Below are positions 26,793 to 38,900 of a stretch of DNA of 64,000 nt, in pieces; position 1 is the first letter of the stretch; every line of letters starts with the position of its first letter. Origin of the DNA: Eledone cirrhosa (lineage: Eukaryota); contig OZ024743.1 in the NCBI GenBank assembly GCA_964016885.1, positions 309,752,001 to 309,816,000 on the forward strand, in the 5' to 3' direction. The notes beneath the pieces are model-generated. The model saw nothing but the letters and a program-made list of their open reading frames with translations. It was not told where the DNA came from and made no database searches. The position numbers were made by a program, and so were the translations under genes.

Positions 26793-28114
26793 GACACTGA
26801 AGAAGGATACAAGTATTTGGGTGATCTGGAGGCTGATGACATCAAGAACAAAAAATTGAAGAAATTGATAAGATCTGAATACATTCGGAGAATAAGGAGC
26901 GTATTAAAGTCACATCTGAACAGTAGGAATGCCATAAGTGCAGTATATTCCCGAGCTGTGTTTATTATTAGGTACAGAGCGGGAATTCTGAGATGGAATG
27001 TTGCTGTACAAAAAGAAATGGATAGGAAGAGTAGGAAGCTATTGAATATCTACAACATGTTCCACAAGAGGAGTGATGTCGATAGACTCTACTTCAGGAG
27101 ATCTGAAGGTGGAAGAGGTCTTATCAGCATAGAGGACTCTGTTCAGATGGAGAAAAACAACCTACACAAATACGTGACTGATAGTAAGGAGCCAATGCTC
27201 AGAATTGTACTGAAGGAGAGGACAATAGACCAGGGGATGTCCAAGGAGGAAATAACAAGGAGAAAGAGCAGTCTTCATGAAAAATCCCTTCATAGTACCT
27301 TCTTTGAGAAAACTGAATTCAGAGATCCACAAAAATGGAACTGGTTGAAAAGAAGAGACCTTAAAAAAGGCAACAGAAGGAATGCTAATGGCTGCGCAAG
27401 AGCAGGCCCTCAAAACGAAGTGGTTGAAACACCATATTTACAAGGAGGAGGCTAGCCCACTGTGCAGGATCTGTGGAGAGAGAGAGAGGAGACTGTGGCT
27501 CACATTGTATCCGAGTGTGAACACCTAGCCCAGACTCACTATAAAGGCTGGAGACATGAGGGGATGGGCAGGGTGATCCACTAGCACCTATGCAAAGTAA
27601 ACAATTTACCACATTGTAAGAAGTGGTATGAGCATAAGCCAGAGTCGGTGATAGAAAACGTTCAGGTGAAGGTGCTGTGGGATTTTAGGATACAGACGGA
27701 CAAGAAACTGGAACACAATAGACCTGACCTGGTGGTTTTGGACGAGGAAAAAAGATCGTGCCTGATTGTGGATGTGGCCTGCCCATTCGACACGAGAGTG
27801 CAAGAGAAGGAGGGTGAGAAAATTAATCGATGCCAGGACTTAAAGTGGTAGGTAAAAAGGATTTGGAACTGCCATGAAGTCAAAGTGGTCCCGATTGTCA
27901 TAGGCGCACTAGGTATTATTTCAAAAATTTTCCAAGGATGGTTAAAGAAAATTGGCCCCGCCACGCTTTTTGGAACGCTTCAAAAGGCATGCTTGCTGGG
28001 AACAGCAAGAACCCTCCGATACGTCCTGAATATCTGCGGCTGCAGGTAGTGGCTTGATATTCATTTCAACAAACTTTCCAGTTAAATAACATCAATGTCT
28101 GTGACTCAAAGAAC

Positions 28115-28167
<53 letters not shown>
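26792..28167 (+). mobile_element. R4/Dong family A, 5'-truncated degenerate copy
   Basis: ORF pieces 26817-27455 and 27648-27851, 3' UTR, long (AAT)n tail. Confidence 0.92.
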
Positions 28168-31100
28168 GAGGAGATGAATGCTGACGGGCTAGGACAAGAT
28201 TCGGTTGACATCCTAAATTTAGTGGTAGTTGAGTTGAACAATGATAGTGGGAGACCTATGAACCTAAGATTTGTAGACAGGAAAAAGTTAAAAGAAACAA
28301 CAGCTAAGGTAAACAAAGTCATCCCATACCTTGAGGCGAGGAGTCTTCACCAGTGCAACAATATCCTCAAAGCAACAGCAAATACGGTGAGGAAACTACT
28401 TGGTATAAAAGCGAGAGGAAACAACAGACAAGAAAGAGCAGAGCCGTGGTGGAAGAAGCGACTGAGTGGGCAAATCGAGGAAATGAGAAATGACATAGGA
28501 AAGCTTGAGTCACTACTGAATGGGACACTAAAAAACATAGGCACTAAAAATAGACTGGAAATAAAATAAAAAACTAGGAGTAAAAAGCTAAATATTATCA
28601 TAGAGGAATTGAAGCAACGCATTGTAGCAAAGAGTGCCAAAATCAGGCGATACGAGAACAGAGTCAGTCAGTATAAACAGAACCGCATGTTCGACAACAA
28701 CCAGAAGATGCTGTTTGGACAGCTTGAGGGGAAAGAAAGAGGCAACGACTTGATCCCTGGGGCGGAACAAGCTAAAACATTCTGGAGAGGAATATGGGAG
28801 CAGGATGTTAGACACAATGCCCAGGCAGGGTGGATTGAGACAGTACAGAGTGAGATCGGTGAGCAGGCACAGCATCAGACTGATTTGAGTATCACAGTTG
28901 AAACTCTTAAGGGGCAAGCCAAAAAACTAACCAACTGGAAATCACCAGGCCCAGATGGTGTGCAGGGGTATTGGATTAAACATTTAACATCCCTCCACCC
29001 GAAGCTGACGGCCATGTTCAATGACTGCTTGGTGTCGGGTGAGGTGCCAGAGTGGTTGACAAAAGGTACCACAGTTCTGATAATGAAAGACCGAATCAAG
29101 GGTAATGATGTTACCAACTATAGACCTATCACATGTCTGCCCGTAATGTGGAAACTGTTGACGAGCATTGTGTCTGAGGAAATCTACCATCACCTCCACA
29201 CAAACAACTTGTTGCCGGACGAACAGAAAGGATGCCGAAAGAAGTCACGTGGTACAAAGGACCAGTTGCTTATTGATAAGATGGTAATGGGGAATTGCAG
29301 GAGGAGACACACTGATCTTGCCATGGGATGGATAGACTACAGAAAGGCATTTGACATGGTGCCTCATTCCTGGATCACCAAAAGCCTGGAGATCTTCAGG
29401 GTGGCAGATAACATCAGACAGTTGCTGGGCAGGAGTATGGGGTCCTGGGAGACAGAGTTGACATCAACTGGAGTATCCTTGGGAAGCGTGAAGATCAAGA
29501 GAGGTATCTTCCAGGGAGATAGCCTGTCCCCTCTGTTTTTTGTCCTTGCCCTGATGCCCTTGACCATTATGCTGCGAAAAGTGAGAGCAGGATACAAGTT
29601 GGGAAGGGGAGAGCTTACCATCAATCACCTCCTCTTCATGGACGATCTTAAGCTCTTCGGGAAAAGTGAGAAGGAGTTGGATGTGCTTGTTGACATTGTC
29701 CGTATTTTCAGCAGTGATATATGTATGCAGTTTGGTATTGGTAAATGTGGAGTCATTGTGATGAGGAGGGGTACGTTGAGCAGAAGTAACGGGATCCAGA
29801 TACCAACAGGTGAGATGATAAAGGAAATTGACTCTGAGGAAGGATACAAGTATTTGGGCGTTCTGGAGGCTGATGGCATAAAGAACAAAAAAATGAAGGA
29901 ATTGTTAAGAACTGAATACATTCGGAGAGTAAGGAGCGTATTGAAGTCACATCTGAACAGCAGAAATGCCATAAGCGCAGTAAATTCCCGAGCTGTGTCT
30001 ATTATTAGGTACAGTGCGGGAATTCTGAGATGGAATGTTGCTGAACAAAAAGAAATGGATAGGAAGACTAGGAAGCTATTGACTATCTACAACATGTTCC
30101 ACAAGAGGAGTGATGTCGATAGACTCTACCTAAGGAGATCTGAGGGTGGAAGAGGTCTTATCAGCATAGAGGACTGTGTTCAGATGGAGAAAAACAACCT
30201 ATACAAATACGTGACCTATAGTAAGGAGCCAATGCTCAGAGCTGTACTGAAGGAGGGGACAGTAGGCCAGGGGATATCCAAGGAGGAAATAACATCAAGG
30301 AGGAAGAGCAGCCTTAAGGGAAAATCCCTTCATAGTACCTTCTTTGAGAAAACTGAATTTAGAGATCCACAGACATGGAACTGGTTGAGAAGAGGAGACC
30401 TCAAAAAGGCTACAGAAGGAATGCTAATGGCTGCGCAGGAGCAGGCCCTCAAAACGAAGTGGTTGAAGCACCATATCTACAAGGAGGAGGCTAGCCCACT
30501 GTGCAGGATCTGTGGAGAGAGAGAGGAGACTGTGGCTCACATTGTGTCCGAGTGTAAACACCTAGCCCAGACCCACTATAAGGGCTGGAGACACGATGTG
30601 ATGGGCAGGGTGATCCACTGGCACCTGTGCAAAGTAAACAATCTACCACATTCTGAGAAATGGTATGAGCATAGGCCAGAGGCGGTGATGGAGAACAGTC
30701 AGGTGAAGGTGCTGTGGGATTTTAGGATACAGACGGACAAAAAACTGGAACACAATAGACCTGACCTGGTGGTTGTGGACAAAGAAAAAAGATCGTGCCT
30801 GATTGTGGATGTGGCCTGCCCGTTCGACACGAGAGTGCAAGAGAAGGAGAGGGAGAAAATTAACCGATACCAGGACCTAAAGTGGGAGGTGAAAAGGATT
30901 TGGAACTGCCATGAAGTCAAAGTGATCCCGATTGTCATAGGCGCACTGGGGACTATCTCCAAAGGTTTCCAGGGATGGTTAAAGAAAATCGGCCCCTTCA
31001 CGCTTTTTGGAACGCTTCAAAAGGCATGCTTGCTTGGAACGGCAAGAACCCTCCGATACGTCCTGAATATCTGAGGCTGCAGGTAGTGGCTTGATATTCA

Positions 31101-31175
31101 ATCCAACAAACTTTCCAGTGAACTAACATCAATGACTGAGACTCAAAGAACAATAATAATAATAATAATAATAAT
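28168..31175 (+). mobile_element. R4/Dong family A, 5'-truncated young copy, (AAT)n on both sides
   Basis: Starts at EEMNADG inside the preceding tail; single stop at 28567-28569. Confidence 0.95.
28609..31074 (+). CDS. Reverse transcriptase, CCHC zinc knuckle and restriction-like endonuclease of R4/Dong family A
   Basis: 821-aa open frame: [74 protein letters not shown]. Confidence 0.93.
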   Translation: MKQRIVAKSAKIRRYENRVSQYKQNRMFDNNQKMLFGQLEGKERGNDLIPGAEQAKTFWRGIWEQDVRHNAQAGWIETVQSEIGEQAQHQTDLSITVETLKGQAKKLTNWKSPGPDGVQGYWIKHLTSLHPKLTAMFNDCLVSGEVPEWLTKGTTVLIMKDRIKGNDVTNYRPITCLPVMWKLLTSIVSEEIYHHLHTNNLLPDEQKGCRKKSRGTKDQLLIDKMVMGNCRRRHTDLAMGWIDYRKAFDMVPHSWITKSLEIFRVADNIRQLLGRSMGSWETELTSTGVSLGSVKIKRGIFQGDSLSPLFFVLALMPLTIMLRKVRAGYKLGRGELTINHLLFMDDLKLFGKSEKELDVLVDIVRIFSSDICMQFGIGKCGVIVMRRGTLSRSNGIQIPTGEMIKEIDSEEGYKYLGVLEADGIKNKKMKELLRTEYIRRVRSVLKSHLNSRNAISAVNSRAVSIIRYSAGILRWNVAEQKEMDRKTRKLLTIYNMFHKRSDVDRLYLRRSEGGRGLISIEDCVQMEKNNLYKYVTYSKEPMLRAVLKEGTVGQGISKEEITSRRKSSLKGKSLHSTFFEKTEFRDPQTWNWLRRGDLKKATEGMLMAAQEQALKTKWLKHHIYKEEASPLCRICGEREETVAHIVSECKHLAQTHYKGWRHDVMGRVIHWHLCKVNNLPHSEKWYEHRPEAVMENSQVKVLWDFRIQTDKKLEHNRPDLVVVDKEKRSCLIVDVACPFDTRVQEKEREKINRYQDLKWEVKRIWNCHEVKVIPIVIGALGTISKGFQGWLKKIGPFTLFGTLQKACLLGTARTLRYVLNI

Positions 31176-31355
31176 TGTTTCTACTTTAGGCACAAGGCCA
31201 GCAATCAACCAGTGCATTACTGGTACTTTATTTTATCGACCCCGTAAGGATGAAAGGCAAATTCAACCTCGGCGGGATTTGAACTCAGATCGTAAAGGGA
31301 CGTAACTATGCTGGAAAGCATGGCGTCCGACCCTCTACCGATACTGCCAATCCAA
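31176..31355 (-). mobile_element. tRNA-derived SINE (family 1), tail-to-tail with the R4 copy
   Basis: Near-exact reverse complement of 58262-58445. Confidence 0.9.
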
Positions 31356-31679
31356 CTGAAATAACAACCCAACCAGGAACTGAGCATATCAGATGGCTGT
31401 CACCGAAATATATATAGCAGTAATAAACGAAGCTAAATTTTAAACATTTGACTTATCTATTTTACTTTATTTTACATTACTCCGGAGTAACCAAACCAAC
31501 GTGCGCACTTAGTCGAGTGCTCCAGCCTGCATACTGAGGTGTTGGTATACAACCAACATATACTCAATATCTATATATATATGAAACAACAACCGAACCA
31601 GGAACTGGGCAAATAAGAGTATTGACAAAGTTATACACCTCAACAACATGTGTACTCGTCTCTACCACACTAATTCGGA

Positions 31680-31732
31680 CTGCCTGAAGAGGTCACAGCC
31701 AAAGATGGCTGTCACCGAAATATATATAGCAG
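31680..31732 (+). ncRNA. Type I hammerhead ribozyme (PLE type, palindromic stem III)
   Basis: ctgc-CTGAAGA-ggt cacagcca aaga tggctgtc acc-GAAA-tatata-TA-gcag; a 3' half copy occurs at 31391-31420. Confidence 0.85.
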
Positions 31733-31876
31733 TAATAAACGAAGCCAAATTTTAAACATTTGACTTATTTATTTTATTTTATTTTACTTTACTCCGGAGT
31801 AACCAAACCAACCTGCGCACTTCGTCGAGTGCTCCAATCTGCATACTGAGGTGTTGTTACACAACCAATATATACT

Positions 31877-31914
<38 letters not shown>

Positions 31915-32916
31915 AGGCATTCGACACCATCGTCCAGAACATTCCTTTACTAAAAAGAGACCCAAGAATGAATAAAATCCTACAAACACACAACAACATA
32001 AAAAGCAAAAGACAACCTTAATCCATAAAGAACATCCTCACACAAGTCAAAATCCAGCCAACCCTCACAATGAACCCTACAGTAAAAAATGTGGAAGGCT
32101 CAACTGTGGTATAAGCATAAATCTAATAGAAGGTTCAACATTCCACTTTAAACAAGGACAACATTTCACAGTTAAATACAACTTTACATCTGCATCTGAA
32201 AACCTAATCTATGTTTTGACCTGCTCAGGTTGTCGAGAGCACTACATAGGACAGACAAAAAAACAGCCTCCGACAACGTATGACCGTCCATAGATCACAA
32301 ATCAAAATACAGGACTACAGAAAGATTGATCTTAGTGAACACATCGCCAACTGTGCGCCCAATCAACTACAAAACTTTAGAACTTTGCCCATTTACAAAT
32401 TCATAGACAACGCTTCTTTCATCCAACGTACTAATAAGGAAACGTATTTCATTAACAAATTCCAACCTCTACTTAATGGACTAAACTTCGGACTAAACTA
32501 AAACCAGAATGAACAATGAACCCTAGACTCTCCCATACCCCAAATGTCTGTGTTCGTTAAAGAGTTACCTCCCTTAAAACCTACCTATTCCTTTTTCTTA
32601 TACAAATGAATTGTCTCCTCTCCTCTCTTTCTCCTAAATGAATTACTTCCCCCTGCATATTAATTCTCTAAAAAGGGAAAACACAAACAATGTTTGAACT
32701 GCTTGTCTTCAAAAACCATGTTTGTAAATAATTGTTTCTACTTTAGGCACAAGGCCAGCAATTACCCACTGCATTACTGGTACTTTATTTTATCGACCCC
32801 GATAAATAATATTATTCTTTCTTTCCCATTTTCTTAACATGTTTAACATCACCTTATTTTCTCCTCTACATTTTGTACAAACACAAATTCCTTTTTTTTC
32901 TCTCTCACACTCACAT

Positions 32917-32952
32917 ACTTTGAAAATGTATAAAATGCTGAAACCGGTAATT
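32917..32952 (+). ncRNA. Degenerate U3-A8 hammerhead motif in the PLE 3' region
   Basis: TTGAAAA-tgta taaaa tgct-GAAA-ccgg-TA, same layout as 13253. Confidence 0.5.
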
Positions 32953-33164
32953 GATAAATATTAAATAAATAAATCAATGCTATTGTTAATTAATAAATAA
33001 ATAAATTAATAATTTGACACTTAACTCAAAGTGAAATAAATATGTTTTAAACATTTTCTAACCCAGAAAAAGGAAAACAATAATGGAAAAAAAGTGTTTT
33101 TCTTCCTAATAATCGTTTTTTTTCTTTATATATATATATTCCATTGTGGGCTCCTTCTCCACAT

Positions 33165-33400
33165 TTTATTATTATTATTATTGTTGTTCTTTGAGTCTCA
33201 GTCATTGATGTTAGTTAACTGGAAAGTTTGTTGAAATGAATATCAAGCCACTACCTGCAGCCTCAGATATTCAGGACGTATGGGAGGGTTCTTGCTGTTC
33301 CCAGCAAGCATGCCTATTGAAGCGTTCCAAAAAGCGTGGCGGGGCCAATTTTCTTTAACCATACCTGGATACCTTTTGAGATAGTACCTAGTGCGCATAT
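33165..33400 (-). mobile_element. R4/Dong family A 3' fragment between (TTA)n tracts
   Basis: Reverse complement of the family A ORF end and 3' UTR. Confidence 0.9.
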
Positions 33401-33417
33401 TATTATTATTATTATTC

Positions 33418-33606
33418 TAGGGCCGTGGATTGGCAGTATCGGTAGAGGGTCGGACGCCATGCTTTCCAGCATAGTTATGTCCCTTTACGATCTGAGTTCA
33501 AATCCCGCCGAGGTTGACTTTGCCTTTCATCCTTACAGGGTCGATAAAATAAAGTACCAGTAATGCACTGGGTGATTGCTGGCCTTGTGCCTAACGTAGA
33601 AACAAT
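33418..33606 (+). mobile_element. tRNA-derived SINE (family 1)
   Basis: tggcagtatcggtagag..gagttcaaatcccgccgagg..gtagaaacaattatt. Confidence 0.9.
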
Positions 33607-33960
33607 TATTATTATTATTCTTTGAGTCTCAGTCATTGATGTTAGTTAACTGGAAAGTTTGTTGAAATGAATATTAAGCCACTACCTGCAGCCTCAGATA
33701 TTCAGGACCTATCGGAGGGTTCTTCCCAGCAAGCAGGCCTTTTGAAGTGTTCCAAAAAGCGGGGCTGGACTAATTTTCTTTAACCATTCTTGGAAACTCT
33801 TTGAAACAGTACCTAGTACGCCTATGACAATCGGGACGACCTTGAGTAATGGCAGTTCGAAATCCTTTTTACCTCCCACTTAAAGTCCTGGTATCGCTTA
33901 ATTTTCTCCCTCTCCATTTTTTTTGCACTCTTTTGTCACTTGGCAGGCTACACTTACAAT
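33607..33960 (-). mobile_element. R4/Dong family A 3' fragment inserted in the SINE tail
   Basis: About 340 bp of the family A 3' end, (TTA)n on both sides. Confidence 0.88.
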
Positions 33961-34135
33961 CATTATTATTATTATTATTATTATTATTTATTTCATCGAC
34001 CCAGTAATGATGAAAGGCAAAGTTAATCCCGCCGGGATTAACTTTGCCTTTCATCCTTACTGGGTCGAGTTGATAAAATAAAGTACCCGTAATGTACTAG
34101 GTAATTGCTGGCCTTGTGCCAAAAATAGAAACAAA

Positions 34136-34136
<1 letters not shown>

Positions 34137-34169
<33 letters not shown>

Positions 34170-34366
34170 GTTCTTTGAGTCTCAGTCATTGATGTTAGTT
34201 AACTGGAAAGTTTGTTGAAATGAATATCAAGCCACTACCTGTAGCCTCAGATATTCAGGATGTATCGGAGGGTTCTTGCTGTTCCCAGCAAGCATGCCCT
34301 TTGAAGCGTTCCAAAAAGCGTGGTGGAGCCAATTTTCTTTAACCATACCTGGACATTTTTTGAGAT
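34137..34366 (-). mobile_element. R4/Dong family A 3' fragment
   Basis: Same 5' truncation point as 26582-26792. Confidence 0.88.
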
Positions 34367-34486
34367 TATTATTATTATTATTATATATATATACATATAT
34401 GTACACATATATATATTCGTCATTTGGGACCCTAGCGTGTCTTTACCGTTTACCCTTTATGTATTTATTTATACATTTATATATAT

Positions 34487-35950
34487 CATGGCAGTTCCAA
34501 ATCCTTTTTACCTCCCACTTTAAGTCATGGTATCGGTTAATTTTCTCCCTCTCCTTCTCTTGCACTCTCGTGTCGAATGGGCAGGCCACATCCACAATCA
34601 GGCACGATCTTTTTCTTTGTCCGCAACCACCAGGTCAGGTCTATTGTGTTCCAGTTTCTTGTCCGTCTGTATATCTAAAATCCCACAGCACCTTCACCTG
34701 ATCGCTATCTATCACCGACTCTGGCTTATGCTCATACCACTTCTCAGAATGTGGTAAATTGTTTACTTTGCATAGGTGCCAGTGGATCACCCTGCCCATC
34801 ACATCATGTCTCCAGCCCTTATAGTGAGTCTGGGCTAGTTGTTTACACTCGGATACAATGTGAGCCACAGTCTCCTCTCTCTCTCTCCACAGATCCTGCA
34901 CAGTGGGCTAGCCTCCTCCTTGTAAATATGGTGTTTCAACCACTTCGTTTTGAGGGCCTGCTCTTGCGCAGCCATTAGCATTCCTTCTGTAGCCTTTTTA
35001 AGGTCTCCTCTTCTCAACCAGTTCCATGTCTGTGGATCTCTGAATTCAGTTTTCTCAAAGAAGTTACTATGAAGGGATTTTTCATGAAGACTGCTCTTTC
35101 TCCTTGTTATTTCCTCCTTGGACATCCCCTGGTCTATTGTCCTCTCCTTCAGTACAATTCTGAGCATTGGCTCCTTACTATCAGTCACGTATTTGTGTAG
35201 GTTGTTTTTCTCCATCTGAACAGAGTCCTCAAATCTGATAATACCTCTTCCACCTTCAGATCTCCTGAAGTAGAGTCTATCGACATCACTCCTCTTGTGG
35301 AACATGTTGTAGATATTCAATAGCTTCCTACTCTTCCTATCCATTTCTTTTTGTACAGCAACATTCCATCTCAGAATTCCCGCTCTGTACCTAATAATAA
35401 ACACAGCTCGGGAATTTACTGCACTTATGGCATTCCTACTGTTCAGGTGTGACTCTAATACGCTCGTTACTCTCCGAATGTATTCAGATCTTATCAATTC
35501 CTTGATTTTTTTTGTTCTTAATGTCATCAGCTCCAGAACACCCAGTTACTTGTATCCTTCTTCAGTGTCAATTTATCATCTCACCTGTTGATACCAGGAT
35601 TCCGTTGCTTCTGCTCAAGTTACCCCTCTCCATCACAAGGACTCCACACTTACTAATACCAAATTGCATACATAAATCATTGCTGAAAATACGGACAGTG
35701 TCAACAAGCACATCCAAATCCCTCTCACTCTTCCCGAAGAGCTTAATATCGTCCATGAAGAGGTGGTGATTGATGGTAACTCTCCCTGCCAATTATCAGG
35801 GGAATCAGGGCAAGGACAAACAAGAGAGGGAACAGACTATCTCCCTGGAAGATACCTCTCTTGATCTTCACGCCTCCCAAGGATTCTCCAGCTGATGTTA
35901 ACTCTGTTTTCCAGGACTTCATACTTTTGCCCAACAACTGTCTGATGTTA
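34487..35950 (-). mobile_element. R4/Dong family A internal fragment, degenerate
   Basis: ORF pieces 35743-35937, 35568-35792, 34835-35527, 34641-34901. Confidence 0.9.
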
Positions 35951-38900
35951 TTATCATTATTATTATTATTATTATTATTATTCCTTGAGTCTCAGTCATT
36001 GATGTTAGTTAGCTGGAAAGTCCGTTGGAATGAATATCAAGCCAGTACCTGCAGCCTCAGATATTCAGGACGTATCGGAGGGTTCTTGCTGTTCCCAGCA
36101 AGCATGCCTTTTGAAGCGTTCCAAAGAGCGTGAAGGGGCGGATTTTCTTTAACCATCCCTGGAAACTTTTGGAGATAGTCCCTAGTACGCCTATGACAAT
36201 CGGGATCACTTTGACTTCATGGCAGTTCCAAATCCTTTTCACCTCCCACTTTAGGTCCTGGTATCGGTTAATTTTCTCCCTATCCTTCTCTTGCACTCTC
36301 GTGTCGAATGGGCAGGCCACATCCACAATCAGACACGATCTTTTTTCTTTGTCGACAACCACCAGGTCAGGTCTATTGTGTTCCAGTTTCTTGTCCGTCT
36401 GTATCCTAAAATCCCACAGCACCTTCACCTAATCGTTCTCTATCACCGCCTCTGGCTTATGCTCATACCATTTCTCAGAATGTGGTAAATTGTTTACTTT
36501 GCACAGGTGCCAGTGGATCACCCTGCCCATCACATCATGTCTCCAGCCCTTATAGTGGGTTTGGGCTAGGTGTTTACACTCGGATACAATGTGAGCCACA
36601 GTCTCCTCTCTCTCTCCACAATCATGCACAGTGGGCTAGCCTCCTCCTTGTAAATATGGTGTTTCAACCACTTCGTTTTGAAGGCCTGATCCTGCGCAGC
36701 CATTAACATTCCTTCTGTAGCCTTTTTAAGGTCTCCTCTTCTCAACCAGTTCCATGTCTGTGGATCTCTAAATTCAGTTTTCTCAAAGAAGGTACTATGA
36801 AGGGATTTTTCCTGAAGGCTGCTCTTTCTCCTTGATGTTATTTCCTCCTTGGACATCCCCTGGCCTATTGTCCCCTCCTTCAGTACAGTTCTGAACATTG
36901 GCTCCTTACTATCAGTCACGTATTTGTGTAGGTTGTTTTTCTCCATCTGAACACAGTCCTCTATGCTGATAAGACCTCTTCCACCCTCAGATCTCCTTAG
37001 GTAGAGTCTATCGACATCACTCCTCTTGTGGAACATGTTGTAGATAGTCAATAGCTTCCTAGTCTTCCTATCCATTTCTTTTTGTTCAGCAACATTCCAT
37101 CTCAGAATTCCCGCACTGTACCTAATAATAGACACAGCTCGGGAATTTACTGCGCTTATGGCATTTCTGCTGTTCAGATGTGACTTCAATACGCTCCTTA
37201 CTCTCCAAATGTATTCAGTTCTTAACAATTCCTTCATTTTTTTGTTCTTTATGCCATCAGCCTCCAGAACGCCCAAATACTTCTATCCTTCCTCAGAGTC
37301 AATTTCCTTTATCATCTCACCTGTTGGTATCTGGATTCCGTTATTTCTGCTCAACCTACCCCTCCTCATCACAATGACTCCACACTTACTAATACCAAAC
37401 TGCATACATATATTACTGCTGAAAATACGGACAGTGTCAACAAGCACATCCAACTCCTTCTCACTCTTCCGGAAGAGCTTAAGATCGTCCATGAAGAAGA
37501 GGTGATTGATGGTAAGCCCTCCCTTTCCCAACCTGTATCCTGCTCTCACTTTTCGAAGTACACTGGTCAGGGGCATCAGGGTAAGGACAAACAGCAGAGG
37601 GGACAGGCTATCTCCCTGGAAGATACCTCTCTTGATCTTCACGCTTTCCAAGGATTCTCCAGTTGATGTCAACTCTGTTTCCCAGGACCTCATACTTTTG
37701 CCCAACAACTGTCTGATGTTATCTGCCACCTTGAAGATCTCCAGGCTTTTGGTGATCCAAGAATGAGGCACCATGTCAAATGCCATTCTGTAGTCTATCC
37801 ATCCCATGGCAAGATCAGTGTCTCTCCTCCTGCAATTCCCCATTACCATCTTATCAATAAGTAACTGGTCCTTTGTACCACGTGACTTCTTTCGGCATCC
37901 TTTCTGTTCGTACGGTAACAAATTGTTTGTGTGGAGGTGATGGTCGATTTCCTCAGACACAATGCTCGTCAACAGTTTCCACATTACGGACAGACATGTG
38001 ATAGGTCTATAGTTGGTAACATCATTACCCTTGATTCGGTCTTTCATTATCAGAACTGTGGTACCTTTTGTCAACCACTCTGGTACCTCACCTGACATCA
38101 AGCAGTCATTGAACATGGTTGTCAGTTTCGGGTGGAGGGATGTTATATTTTTAATCCAATACCCCTGCACACCATCTGGGCCTGGTGATTTCTAGTTGGT
38201 TAGTTTTTTGGCCTGCCCCTTAAGAGCTTCAACTGTGATACTCAAATCAGTTTGTTGGTGTGCCTGTTCACCGATCTCCTTCTGTACTGTCTCAATCCAC
38301 ACCTCCTGGTCATTATGTCTAACATCCTGCTCCCATATTCCTCTCCAGAATGTTTTAGTTTGTTCCGCCTCAGGGATCAAGTCGTTGCCTCTTTCTTTCC
38401 CCTCAAGCTGTCCAAACAGCATCTTCTGGTTGTTGTCGAACATGCGGTTCTGTTTATAATGACTGACTCTGTTCTCATATCGCCTGATTTTTGCACTCTT
38501 TGCTACAATGGGTTGCTTCAGTTCCTCTATGATAATATTTAGCTTTTTCCTCCTAGTTTTGTACTTTATTTCCAGTCTATTTTTAGTGTCTATGTTTTTT
38601 AGTGTCCCATTCAGTAGTGACTCAAGCTTTCCAATGTCACTTCTCATTTCCCTGATTTGACCACTCAGTCGTTTCTTCCACCAAGGCTCTGCTCTTTCTT
38701 GTCTGTTGTTTCCTCTCGCTTTTATACCAAGTAGTTTCCTCACCGTATTTGCTGTTTCTTTGAGGATATTGTTGCACTGGTGAAGGCTCCTCGCCTCAAG
38801 GTATGGGATGACTTTGTTTACCTTAGCTGTGTTTCTTTTAACTTTTTCCTGTCTACAAATCTTAGGTTCATAGGTCTCCCACTATCATTGTTCAATTCAT

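Larger units (their letters stand above)
31360..33060 (+). mobile_element. Penelope-like element remnant (Neptune/Poseidon-like GIY-YIG) with tandem pseudo-LTRs
   Basis: Direct repeat 31391-31580 / 31703-31890; translation ENLIYVLTCSGCREHYIGQT..MTVHRSQI..SEHIANC..KETYFINKFQPLLN at about 32200-32500. Confidence 0.8.
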
